From an uncultured Candidatus Saccharibacteria bacterium (GTDB taxonomy: Bacteria; Patescibacteriota; Minisyncoccia; UBA6257; 2-01-FULL-56-20): a stretch of DNA of 34,969 bases. The notes beneath the pieces were generated by a model. The model searched no databases and was not told the origin of the DNA. It worked only from the letters and a program-made list of their open reading frames with translations. Below, piece after piece: positions 1 through 8,682 of the stretch (its first letter is position 1; every line of letters starts with the position of its first letter). The stretch covers positions 1 through 34,969 of the forward strand of contig CAZXCH010000001.1 of NCBI GenBank assembly GCA_964639165.1, in the 5' to 3' direction. The position numbers and the translations under genes are program-made.

Positions 1-1
1 T

Positions 2-208
2 ACATCGTGCGTAACAACCAACAGATGCCCCTCAACCGAAAACAGCGATGGCACTCCGCTTTATAATTGGACCGCGCCCGGATCGATGGAGGGAGCCGGC
101 AACGGACAAAACATCACGCTTACCTATTCCATCCCGGGAACGTATTCGGTAAGCGTGATCGCCTCCACTGATAATTCGCAATCAAGCTGCCAGATCCACG
201 TACAATGA
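2..208 (+). CDS. 3' end of an upstream gene (partial, start outside window) with a PKD/Ig-like beta-sandwich C-terminus
   Basis: The frame is open from the window edge to TGA 206-208; it is absent from the ORF track because it has no start. ...NWTAPGSMEGAGNGQNITLTYSIPGTYSVSVIASTDN... resembles a PKD repeat. The stop overlaps the next start (ATGA 205-208). Confidence 0.5.
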   Translation, partial: TSCVTTNRCPSTENSDGTPLYNWTAPGSMEGAGNGQNITLTYSIPGTYSVSVIASTDNSQSSCQIHVQ

Positions 209-2229
209 AGTTGAAAAATCCTCTAAAAAATGGGTTGAGGAAGGAAGTAGTCATTACGGCTATTCTCGGTTTCTTTTTAATATTTTTTGGATTAACACGC
301 CCGGCACGTGCTGATGGCTTATTTGATATAAGCGGCTTCACGTCTGGAGCTATTTCGATGTTGATGGAGGGCATCACCTATATTTTGGCTTGGATTTTTG
401 GCGCCTTCATTTCCATAGAAACATGGCTCATTAGTATCGTTTTAAATATCAACGCTAATATACTGCAAACGAGCTTTGTTCAGACCGGATTTTCAATATC
501 GCTTTCCGTTGCAAACCTCGCATTCGTACTGGGGATCATCGTAATTGCGCTTGCAACGATATTGCGAATAGAAAACTACAGTATTAAAAAAATGCTCTGG
601 AAGCTGGTGATTATGGCGATCCTTGTTAATTTCGGCCTCGTAATCATTGCGCCAATCTTTGCGTTCGCCAATGCAACCACGCAGTATTTTCTCAATTCTT
701 TCCCTGGCCAGGGAGGATTCAGTAGTTTTGCGTCAACGATGGCGGGGAAATTCAATCCACAGGCAATGTTTGCCGCAGTCTCGAATCCAACGCCGGGGTC
801 GGGGAATAGTACCGGGCCTTTTGGTCTTTCAGCATCGGGAGTCGGCCAGTCAATAAGCGCGCAGATGGTTCCGATCTTTAGCATGCTTTTTACTGTCGTC
901 GACTTTTTGCTTATTATTTGTGTGCTTGGGGCATTCATTGTTATGTTAATAATAAGATACATCTATATCGCAATTCTCGCGATTCTATTGCCGTTTGCTT
1001 GGGCGTCATGGGTATTCCCAAGTTTCAGCTCGCTGTATTCCAAATGGTGGAATAAATTCCTCCAGTGGACGTTTTTCGCGCCCATCTTTATGTTTTTTCT
1101 TTACTTGGCGCTCTCCACGATTGGAGGAGCCAACAACGCGGATGCCTTTAATTTAACCAATTATACACAGGGGAGTGGAGGCTCTCTCTTTTCCCCTATC
1201 ACAGATTTTTTCGGTGGCATCATAACCCCGATCCTTACCAACTTCCTTCAAGAAGTGGTGCTTGGTGGCATGATTATCGGCGGCATGATCGCGGCAGATA
1301 GCATGGGCGTCAAGTTTGCAGGCACGGTCGTTAACTTCGCGAAAAAACAAGCGGGGACTTTTGCTACTAATCGATGGAATTCGGCCAGACGGCGCGCAAG
1401 TGAAAAGTTGAGATCGATGGGGAAGAAAACCGATGAGCAGGGGAACACCTCTACAACACTCCAAAGAGTGGGCTCAAAGTTCCAGGGATCGCCCTTACCT
1501 TTTGCGAAAACCGTCGGTTCTAAAATTGCAAGTGCAGGCTCCCCGGAGGTGGGCAAAGAAGACCGCATAAAGGATGTTGATAAATATGTAGAAGAAAACC
1601 TAAAGGGGTTGACTAACGACGGCATGCTCGCGCGTGCGAACGGCATTAATGCCATGACAAGCGACCGCGAACTTGCTGCAATTGGGCAGGAATTGTCCAG
1701 GAGAAACCTTACTGCGCCGCCGACCGCTACGACCCCCGGACTTGATCCAACAAAACTGGAAGCCCTTATTAAGGGAGCTGAAAACATGGGCAGCGTCCAG
1801 TCTCTTCTTAACAGCCGTCCAGAGCTAGCGGCACAAACAACTGCTGCTACTCCGAGGATGCTTCCTACCGGGGTTATGGAAACGACTGCACAAGCTATCG
1901 AAAGAGCGATTACAGATGCAGTGAAGAAAATAAAAATCGCTGACATCCCAACGCTTGAAGCTCGATCATTAGGTGACCCCTCTAAACCAGCTGGTACTTC
2001 TCCAACTCCCGAACAGGAGAATATAGCTATAAACATGTCCATTCCACAACTGAACAAGCTGGCTACCGAAGGAGGACCTGGAGCGGCGGCGGCGTATAAA
2101 GATACTATTGAAAGAATGGTGACTGCTGCTACCGCTCCGGGCGCACCCGCACTTCCTCCAGCCACGCTCGCAAAATTAAATAATCTATATACGTACGTGA
2201 GCGCATCGCCTGCGTGGCAGTATATATAA
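205..2229 (+). CDS. polytopic membrane protein, candidate TrbL/VirB6-like T4SS channel component
   Basis: 674 aa with a signal-like N-terminus and about 8 or more hydrophobic helices over the first ~400 aa, then a soluble A/P/T-rich C-terminal region. Topology and position beside the PrgI and VirB4 genes fit the call. There is no motif-level proof. Confidence 0.5.
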   Translation: MKLKNPLKNGLRKEVVITAILGFFLIFFGLTRPARADGLFDISGFTSGAISMLMEGITYILAWIFGAFISIETWLISIVLNINANILQTSFVQTGFSISLSVANLAFVLGIIVIALATILRIENYSIKKMLWKLVIMAILVNFGLVIIAPIFAFANATTQYFLNSFPGQGGFSSFASTMAGKFNPQAMFAAVSNPTPGSGNSTGPFGLSASGVGQSISAQMVPIFSMLFTVVDFLLIICVLGAFIVMLIIRYIYIAILAILLPFAWASWVFPSFSSLYSKWWNKFLQWTFFAPIFMFFLYLALSTIGGANNADAFNLTNYTQGSGGSLFSPITDFFGGIITPILTNFLQEVVLGGMIIGGMIAADSMGVKFAGTVVNFAKKQAGTFATNRWNSARRRASEKLRSMGKKTDEQGNTSTTLQRVGSKFQGSPLPFAKTVGSKIASAGSPEVGKEDRIKDVDKYVEENLKGLTNDGMLARANGINAMTSDRELAAIGQELSRRNLTAPPTATTPGLDPTKLEALIKGAENMGSVQSLLNSRPELAAQTTAATPRMLPTGVMETTAQAIERAITDAVKKIKIADIPTLEARSLGDPSKPAGTSPTPEQENIAINMSIPQLNKLATEGGPGAAAAYKDTIERMVTAATAPGAPALPPATLAKLNNLYTYVSASPAWQYI

Positions 2230-2236
2230 CAAACAC

Positions 2237-3220
2237 ATGGATTCTAAGACGTTTCTCTTAAAAATTAAGGATACTCCGCCCTCCATTCGTACATGGTTTG
2301 CTTCCGGGGAGGTTTCCCTGATGGTTCGCACAATCAACCAGCACTTTAATATACAAAAAGGAAGCGAAACCGTCCTCCCTAAATTATTGGCTCGCTTGGA
2401 AGTGCGTGATATAGCCCCCGATTATTTCGCCGGAGAACTCTCAGAAGAGTTGAAATTGGATCGGGATAAAGCATTGGGTATTTCCACGGAAGTTAAACGA
2501 ACTATCCTAACTCCACTAACAAAAGAATTCTTGGCTTTTGGTGTTGACATCTCCCTTTTAGATAAATTCCAGATCCCCACTATAAAAGACTTAAGTCCGA
2601 GTGCGACCATGGCAATAGTGAACGGTCCGAAAATTATCCAGGATGTGAGCATCACTCCTCCAAAACCTGTGGCGCTCCCCGCTGTCGGTTGGTCAAAAAT
2701 GCCGGCCTCCACATTCTCATCCACGCCCACACCGGTGCCTCCCGTCACGCCGCGACCCATAACCCCGCTCGCGCCGATAGCTCCGGCAGCCCCGGCTGAA
2801 CCTGCCCCCATAATCCTTCACGAGGATACGGCGTTCAAAGCGGTAGAAAAAAATGCGGGCTTTACGCTTGCCCGGCCGGGAGGAGGAGCGGATATGCAAC
2901 TCGGCGGACATGGAAGCTCCTCCGTCCCAACTCCACCGCGGCCGGCGGTTTTGGAATTCGGCGGGGCAAAACCAGCGGCTCCAATGCCGAGCGCAGTTCA
3001 CAATACCGGGCAAAGTGTCCCGCTCTCCGCGATGCCAACGGCCAATACCGGCCCGAGGAGCGTAAGTCAGATTACGCCCGTCGCCGCTATACCGACGCCG
3101 CCGAAACCGCCCGCACCTCCGATGTCGCCAGCGCCGTCTAACATTGTTCCAATGCCGCAACCGCCGCAACCGCCTTCTGCTCCACAATCCGCCAAGCCGA
3201 TCGTTAAGGACTTTCTTTAG
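2237..3220 (+). CDS. hypothetical protein: ~130-aa N-terminal domain followed by a ~200-aa Pro/Ala-rich extended region
   Basis: Long ORF starting 8 nt after the upstream stop. Pro-rich low complexity (PPKPPAPPMSPAPS, PQPPQPP). No recognisable domain. Confidence 0.6.
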   Translation: MDSKTFLLKIKDTPPSIRTWFASGEVSLMVRTINQHFNIQKGSETVLPKLLARLEVRDIAPDYFAGELSEELKLDRDKALGISTEVKRTILTPLTKEFLAFGVDISLLDKFQIPTIKDLSPSATMAIVNGPKIIQDVSITPPKPVALPAVGWSKMPASTFSSTPTPVPPVTPRPITPLAPIAPAAPAEPAPIILHEDTAFKAVEKNAGFTLARPGGGADMQLGGHGSSSVPTPPRPAVLEFGGAKPAAPMPSAVHNTGQSVPLSAMPTANTGPRSVSQITPVAAIPTPPKPPAPPMSPAPSNIVPMPQPPQPPSAPQSAKPIVKDFL

Positions 3221-3287
3221 CAATCGCGCGGCGCAATAGCTTATTCGCAGTGGCAAATCCCGGCTGCTGGCTTTACAATGATGAGAT

Positions 3288-3908
3288 ATGCAGTACCAAG
3301 TTCCACAATTCATTGATACCGAGGATAATCTGGTTGGGCCGTTCTCCCTTCGGCAGTTTGCTTATGTCGGCGCCGCGGCGATCGTGAGCGCCATATGCTA
3401 TTTCTTCCTACAAACATGGCTGTTCGTCATTGTGGCAATCATCGCGATTGGCGGCTCGCTCGCCCTCGCCTTTCTTAAGATCAACGGCCGGCCGCTCATC
3501 AAGGTCATCACTTCCGCTGCTAATTTTTATTGGAAGCCTCAACTTTACGTCTGGAAAGCCGATCATCCGATCATGACGCAGCAAAAGCAGAGGCCTGCTG
3601 CCGCGATGCGCGCGTTGCCTCCGATCGAAGAGAAAAAAGTCGGCCGGGTGGCGACGCATGGCGGCAACAATACCGCATCCGCGCCTCCGGATGTCACCGA
3701 ACGCGAGCTTCCGCCGGTTCAAACCATCGCAAGGGGAGATTCGTTGCACAAGAGCTGGGAAAATCTCCAGACCGGTACGCCGGACGGCGGTGAAACAAAG
3801 AAGACTTCCGACCGGCAATTTCTGGAAAAGAAGATGGCCGAGCGGTATGAGATATTCCAGCGGCTTGGCGGCGATCGCGCGGCGGCGCGGCGCGTGGATT
3901 ATCGCTAA
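3288..3908 (+). CDS. PrgI-family (VirB3-like) small membrane protein
   Basis: The N-terminus MQYQVPQFIDTEDNLVGPFSLRQFAYVGAAAIV followed by two TM helices is the characteristic PrgI-family signature. It lies upstream of VirB4, as in Gram-positive T4SS loci. TACAAT sits at 3274-3279, 8 nt before the ATG. Confidence 0.65.
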   Translation: MQYQVPQFIDTEDNLVGPFSLRQFAYVGAAAIVSAICYFFLQTWLFVIVAIIAIGGSLALAFLKINGRPLIKVITSAANFYWKPQLYVWKADHPIMTQQKQRPAAAMRALPPIEEKKVGRVATHGGNNTASAPPDVTERELPPVQTIARGDSLHKSWENLQTGTPDGGETKKTSDRQFLEKKMAERYEIFQRLGGDRAAARRVDYR

Positions 3909-3929
3909 GAAATATGGGAAAATAAGAAT

Positions 3930-4625
3930 ATGGCTCCAATACAACAACAGGATGCAGGAAATTCCGTCGATCTCGTGGAGGTCAAGGAGATCAAAGAGAA
4001 GACTGTCGTCGTGAAAGACGGAAGCCTTCGTCAAGTTATCATGGTGGGGGGCGTCAATTTTTCCCTCAAATCCGATAACGAGCAGAACATCATCACGCAG
4101 GGATATCAGACCTTTTTAAATAGCATCGATTTCCCTCTGCAGATAGTCATCCATTCCCGGAAGGTGAACATCGAAAAATATTTGGAGAGCCTTATGGCAA
4201 GAAAAGAAGTTGAGCCGTCACCCATCCTTCAAAACCAAATAGAGGAGTATACGAAGTTTGTGAAAGGATTCGTCGAGCAGAACGCGATCATGGAAAAGAT
4301 ATTCCTGGTGGTCGTCTCGTTCTATCCGCTCTCCGGACTTCCTGGCGTCAGCAAGAGCGTTTCCGGATTTCTCCCGTTCCTCGGAAAGAAAAAAACGCCC
4401 GCCGGTGCGGGGCCCGCTTCCGCGCAACGCGCCGAAGAAGAGGAAAGAATGTTCAAAGAAAACCTCGCGCAGCTGAATCAGCGGGTCACCCAGGTGACGA
4501 CGGGATTGCTGAATATCGGGCTGGAGGCAACCGTCCTTGACGACGAACAGCTCGTTGAGCTCTTCTATAATTTCTATAATCCTCAAACGATCGAGCGCGC
4601 CACGGCGCCCGATTCCCGAAAATAA
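3930..4625 (+). CDS. hypothetical soluble protein in the T4SS-like operon
   Basis: 231-aa ORF packed between the PrgI-like and VirB4-like genes. Any resemblance to N-terminal regions of VirB4/TraC-type proteins is weak and unverified. Confidence 0.55.
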   Translation: MAPIQQQDAGNSVDLVEVKEIKEKTVVVKDGSLRQVIMVGGVNFSLKSDNEQNIITQGYQTFLNSIDFPLQIVIHSRKVNIEKYLESLMARKEVEPSPILQNQIEEYTKFVKGFVEQNAIMEKIFLVVVSFYPLSGLPGVSKSVSGFLPFLGKKKTPAGAGPASAQRAEEEERMFKENLAQLNQRVTQVTTGLLNIGLEATVLDDEQLVELFYNFYNPQTIERATAPDSRK

Positions 4626-4635
4626 CAATACGACC

Positions 4636-6372
4636 ATGCCAGAAGGCCAAGAAAAAAACACTTTTGATAACGTAAAAAAGATCATCGCGCCGGCGGGCGC
4701 GCAAGTGTTTCCCAACTACCTGAAGATCGGCGACAAATTGGCGAAGACCTTCTTTGTGTTCTCCTACCCCCGCTATCTTTCTACCGGGTGGTTCGAGCCG
4801 CTCATCAACCTGCCAAACCTCTTCGACGTCTCTATCTTCATCAACCCGGTCGATACCGGGAGCGCGCTCAAGAAACTCCGCAAGAAAGCGGGGCAACTGG
4901 AATCACAAATGAACGAAGAGCAGGAAAAAGGGCTCGTAAGAAACCCCGTGCTCGAGACTGCCATCAATGACGTTGAAGGTTTGCGCGATTCGCTCCAACA
5001 ATCCGAGGAAAAACTTTTTGATACCGGCGTCTATATTACGATCTACGCGGACACCCTTGAGGAACTTGCGCGGCTTGAGAGCAAGTTGGTCACCATGATG
5101 GAAGCGAAGTTGATCTATCTCAAACCCGCTCTTTTTGAACAGCTTGAGGGACTTTCCTCCGTTCTGCCCATCAACGACGACAAACTGCAGATATACTCCC
5201 CGATGAACACGAGCCCTATCTCGTCATTCTTCCCGTTCGTCTCGGAGGATCTTTCGTCAAACCAGGGGATTATGTACGGCATCAACCTTCACAACAACAA
5301 TCTGGTCATCTTCGACCGCTTCTCTCTTGAGAACGCGAACGAGGTGGTGTTTGCAAAGTCCGGTTCCGGCAAATCGTACACAACCAAGCTTGAGATCCTT
5401 CGCGCGCTCATGGCGGGCATCGATATGGTGATCGTCATCGATCCGGAGAATGAATACGGCCGCCTTGCGGAAACGTTCGCGGGAAGTATGTTCAACATCT
5501 CGCTTTCCTCGCATGAACACATCAATCCGTTCGATATCCCGCCGATACCTGAGGGCGAGACCCCTTCCGACGTTTTGCGTTCGCACATCGTGAACCTTGC
5601 GAGTCTGCTCAAGTTGATGCTTGGCAAACTTACCCCGGAGGAGGACTCCATTTTGGACCGCGCGATCACTGAAACGTATGCCTCGCGCGAGATCGTCGCC
5701 GATACGGACTTCACCGGCAAAGAGCCTCCTTTATTGGGAGACCTTGAAACGATCCTGCGGAATCTTGAAGGGGGAAATGAGCTCGCCGAGAAGCTCTATA
5801 AATACACAAAGGGTAGCTTTGCCGGTTTTTTGAACCAGCCCACCAACATTGACGTCAACAACCGCCTGATCATCTTCTCCATCCGCGACCTCGAAGAAGA
5901 GCTCCGCCCGCTCGGCATGTTCGTCGTGCTCAACTTCATCTGGAATCTCATCCGCGCGAAGCTCGCCAAACGCCTGCTCTTCATCGACGAGGCGTGGATC
6001 ATGATGAAGAACGACGACAGCGCGACGTTCCTGTTCGGCCTCGTCAAGCGCGCGCGCAAATATTATTTGGGCGTCACCACGATCACGCAAGACGTGGAAG
6101 ACTTTTTGCGGTCGCCGTACGGGCGCCCGATCGTCACCAACTCTTCTCTTCAGCTGCTCTTGAAGCAGGCGCCCGCCACGATTGATATTCTCGCGAAAGC
6201 ATTTGACCTCACCGACGCGGAGAAGAATTTCCTTCTTGGCGCCGCCGTCGGCACCGGCATCTTCTTTGCCGGCAAGCGACACGTCGCCATCCAGATCGTC
6301 CCGTCATATTACGAAGACCAGATCATCACCACGAATCCCGAACAGCTTCTCGAGGAGAAAAAACAGGCCTAA
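4636..6372 (+). CDS. virB4: VirB4/TraC/PrgJ-like type IV secretion ATPase
   Basis: Walker A is FAKSGSGKSYTTK and Walker B is RLLFIDEAW. The N-terminal pattern YPRYLSTGWFEPLINL...DVSIFINP is typical of VirB4 homologues. The start was moved from the ORF-track position 4537 to ATG 4636, 11 nt after the upstream stop. Confidence 0.8.
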   Translation: MPEGQEKNTFDNVKKIIAPAGAQVFPNYLKIGDKLAKTFFVFSYPRYLSTGWFEPLINLPNLFDVSIFINPVDTGSALKKLRKKAGQLESQMNEEQEKGLVRNPVLETAINDVEGLRDSLQQSEEKLFDTGVYITIYADTLEELARLESKLVTMMEAKLIYLKPALFEQLEGLSSVLPINDDKLQIYSPMNTSPISSFFPFVSEDLSSNQGIMYGINLHNNNLVIFDRFSLENANEVVFAKSGSGKSYTTKLEILRALMAGIDMVIVIDPENEYGRLAETFAGSMFNISLSSHEHINPFDIPPIPEGETPSDVLRSHIVNLASLLKLMLGKLTPEEDSILDRAITETYASREIVADTDFTGKEPPLLGDLETILRNLEGGNELAEKLYKYTKGSFAGFLNQPTNIDVNNRLIIFSIRDLEEELRPLGMFVVLNFIWNLIRAKLAKRLLFIDEAWIMMKNDDSATFLFGLVKRARKYYLGVTTITQDVEDFLRSPYGRPIVTNSSLQLLLKQAPATIDILAKAFDLTDAEKNFLLGAAVGTGIFFAGKRHVAIQIVPSYYEDQIITTNPEQLLEEKKQA

Positions 6373-6381
6373 CCCATTCCT

Positions 6382-7245
6382 ATGGCCGAAAGACCGGAAC
6401 CAAAGATATCCACATCGGAGGCAGTCCTCATCGGGATGTTTTTGTTGATCCTCGACGCGATCGATCTAATCCCCATCGCAGGCGACCTTACGGATGTCGC
6501 AGGCGCCCCATTGATCCTCTACTACTATACAAAGCATATCAACGGCGTTGCTTATATTGTTTCCGAGATTTTGGATCTCATCCCTATTGTTCAAGAGATT
6601 CCCTCGCGGAGCATCGTTTGGTGGGGGACGGTCGCATTTGATAGATTTGCGCCCGCAAAAGTTGAAGAGGCGGTGGAAAAACTTGGCGAAGAGGCCGAAG
6701 GCAAAGAGGGAGGCGGGGAATTGGAAGGCGAAGGAGGACTTGGCGCGGAAACATCAGAAGGCGGCCAACGCGGCGCTTCTTCGGCAGAAAGGGTTGAAGA
6801 GGAAGGAGTGCGAGGCAGCGGGACAAAGGAAGGGGTTCAGGATGAAGAGTCAAGACAAAACACCGAATCCGGAACCACCGAGAAAGAGGCGGCGGATATG
6901 AGAGAAGGCGGAGAACCGGGTGGCGAAAGCGAAAGTCCGGAAGAAAATGGGGGCCAAAAGAACGGTAACGGTGAAGATATTTCAGCCACGGAGAGCGAAG
7001 AGGAGCCAATGGCCGTGACCGAAGGCCAGCTCTTCACTCAGTCGGGCGATGAAAGTTCCTCCTCCACCGAAGAGAAAGGAGAAGATGAGGAGGCTGTAGA
7101 AGAAAAGGCTCGTGCCGCGCCACCGAGACACTCTGGGAATACTGTTAGCATTGATAGTTCCAAGAAATGGCAACGAAACCAGCGACGTAAAAAAACCAAA
7201 CCAAGCACGGCCGACGTTATCCCCCCGGAAGAGATGGCCGCATAG
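6382..7245 (+). CDS. membrane-anchored protein with a ~190-aa Glu/Gly-rich polyacidic tail and a basic C-terminus
   Basis: Hydrophobic N-terminal ~100 aa, then EEAEGKEGGGELEGEGGLGAE... low complexity, ending in KKWQRNQRRKKTK. It starts 10 nt after the VirB4 stop. Confidence 0.55.
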   Translation: MAERPEPKISTSEAVLIGMFLLILDAIDLIPIAGDLTDVAGAPLILYYYTKHINGVAYIVSEILDLIPIVQEIPSRSIVWWGTVAFDRFAPAKVEEAVEKLGEEAEGKEGGGELEGEGGLGAETSEGGQRGASSAERVEEEGVRGSGTKEGVQDEESRQNTESGTTEKEAADMREGGEPGGESESPEENGGQKNGNGEDISATESEEEPMAVTEGQLFTQSGDESSSSTEEKGEDEEAVEEKARAAPPRHSGNTVSIDSSKKWQRNQRRKKTKPSTADVIPPEEMAA

Positions 7246-7284
7246 CGCTTCCCCGATTTGAATTTGCTATACTAAAGGAAAGAT

Positions 7285-8001
7285 ATGTCCGCTCGTTCTA
7301 CTATCCGAAAAGTGGTCTTCCTGGGGCTTTTGGTTTTTTCTGCCGTTTTCTTCTTTTCGTTCTGCGGGGCCCATGCCCAAACCGCATCGTCGCCCAAGTT
7401 TTTGCTGACCTGGAAGGCATCCAATAGTTATATCCCTTCGTTCTATGAGGGAAAAGCACTCCCGTCCTCGGGAGGCACGAAGATCACTGCATCGCTTGAG
7501 CTGATCTCAAACGGAAAGCTCGTCAATCTTAGTAACCAAAATATTTATTGGTATGAGGATGAAATTTTGGTAGGAGGTGGGGCCGGGGTGCAGCAAGTGA
7601 CATTTACTCCATTTGGAACGCCGCCCAGCACCCTTGTGTTAAGCGTGCAGCTCCCCCAATATAGTGGCGGCTATCTCACCCACACCGTCAACATTCCTTT
7701 CGTAACCCCTTTGGCGGTGATTGACGCCCCGTATCCAAACCAAGAATTTTCCACAAATCTTCTTACGCTACAAGGGCTACCGTTCTTTTTCAATGCAACA
7801 TCAACGAACAACATTTCGTTCACGTGGTCGGTCAACGGCCAAACCGGAGCGAACGCGGAAAATCCTCAAGTGGCCGAGATCAGTCTCCCACCAGGAACCC
7901 CGGGCGGAACGAATTTTGGCGTCTCGCTTTCTATCAGCAATTTCCAAGGGGCCACGGTCGCAAACACGAATCAGGAATTCACATTCCAAAATCAATTATG
8001 A
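7285..8001 (+). CDS. secreted beta-rich protein of unknown function
   Basis: Signal peptide MSARSTIRKVVFLGLLVFSAVFFFSFCGAHAQ. An AGGAAAG motif lies upstream. The stop overlaps the next start (ATGA at 7998-8001). Confidence 0.6.
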   Translation: MSARSTIRKVVFLGLLVFSAVFFFSFCGAHAQTASSPKFLLTWKASNSYIPSFYEGKALPSSGGTKITASLELISNGKLVNLSNQNIYWYEDEILVGGGAGVQQVTFTPFGTPPSTLVLSVQLPQYSGGYLTHTVNIPFVTPLAVIDAPYPNQEFSTNLLTLQGLPFFFNATSTNNISFTWSVNGQTGANAENPQVAEISLPPGTPGGTNFGVSLSISNFQGATVANTNQEFTFQNQL

Positions 8002-8666
8002 TGAACTTTCTTTTTTTGGTGGCACATGCGGTTACCATCAGCACCGCCATCCCCGGCACCAATCCGAATAGCACGAGCTCCTCGCCGGGGGCGTTCGTGG
8101 CGAACTTCTATCAATTCGCATTGATGATCGGAGGAATCCTTGCCTTGGGTGCCATCGTGTACGGAGGGGTCAGATATGTGGCTTCCGCAGGCAATCCTTC
8201 CGCCCAAAGCGATGGGAAGGAATGGATCTGGGGGGCATTGATCGGACTCCTGCTCCTTGCCGGAGCCTATCTGGTGCTGAACGTCGTGAATCCCCAGCTC
8301 GTGAACCTCAATCTGCCTACCCTGAATCAGATATCGGCGGTGAATAATACGACGGTGGCGCCGGGAAATTATACAACCGCCTCAACGTGCCAGGCTACTT
8401 CCAATGGAGGTTCGACCGGAACATGTCAACCCGACGCAAGCGGTAAAAATCAAAACTGCTGTAATCTTAACGGACTGGGGATCTGCACTACCGACTCGTG
8501 CTCGGATCTGTCAAATTTACAATGTCGGGCCACTTCTAATGGAGGCACAACCGGATCTTGCCCAAATCTTAATGGGGCGGCCCAAAATTGTTGTTATTCT
8601 AGCATCGATGATAGTGCGATCTGCGTAACCGAGACGTGCGCCGATTTTGCCGCCGAGGCCCAATAA
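7998..8666 (+). CDS. VirB2/TrbC-like T4SS pilin with two C-terminal six-cysteine modules
   Basis: Hydrophobic leader, then two TM helices (FYQFALMIGGILALGAIVYGGVRYV and WIWGALIGLLLLAGAYLVLNVV) joined by a short polar loop, which is the pilin hairpin topology. The C-terminus carries a tandem C-x11-C-x9/10-CC-x7/9-C-x4-C repeat. The start was trimmed to ATG 7998, coupled to the upstream stop. Confidence 0.6.
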   Translation: MMNFLFLVAHAVTISTAIPGTNPNSTSSSPGAFVANFYQFALMIGGILALGAIVYGGVRYVASAGNPSAQSDGKEWIWGALIGLLLLAGAYLVLNVVNPQLVNLNLPTLNQISAVNNTTVAPGNYTTASTCQATSNGGSTGTCQPDASGKNQNCCNLNGLGICTTDSCSDLSNLQCRATSNGGTTGSCPNLNGAAQNCCYSSIDDSAICVTETCADFAAEAQ

Positions 8667-8682
8667 TATATATAATAGATTC

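Noticed and set aside
1248-2165. A 305-aa antisense ORF inside the VirB6-like gene. Similar long antisense ORFs occur at 18519-19283, 23223-23969, 25350-26210, 26283-26996 and 33805-34521.
   Set aside because: Each lies opposite a gene with clear conserved motifs or coherent membrane topology. Their products are Arg/Ala/Ser/Gly-rich low complexity, typical of shadow frames in RNY-biased coding DNA. None has start-site signals.
3090-3190. Short tandem nucleotide repeats (CCGCAACCG-type).
   Set aside because: They are explained by Pro-rich coding sequence (PQPPQPP) and are not an independent repeat element.
4537-4635. N-terminal extensions in the ORF track. They affect VirB4 (4537), the pilin (7824), the 8647 ORF, yebC (18117), tsaE (22376), pyrG (25302), rpsT (28140), the 28240 ORF, ruvA (28839) and the LOG-like gene (32379).
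   Set aside because: The extensions overlap upstream genes or promoters and encode non-conserved junk. Internal ATGs coincide with conserved protein N-termini and with -10 or SD geometry.
8011-8017. A T7 homopolymer at the 5' end of the pilin gene as a phase-variation switch. A7 runs also occur at 4389-4395 and 7189-7195.
   Set aside because: Runs of 7 are expected a few times by chance in 35 kb and are short for efficient slipped-strand switching.
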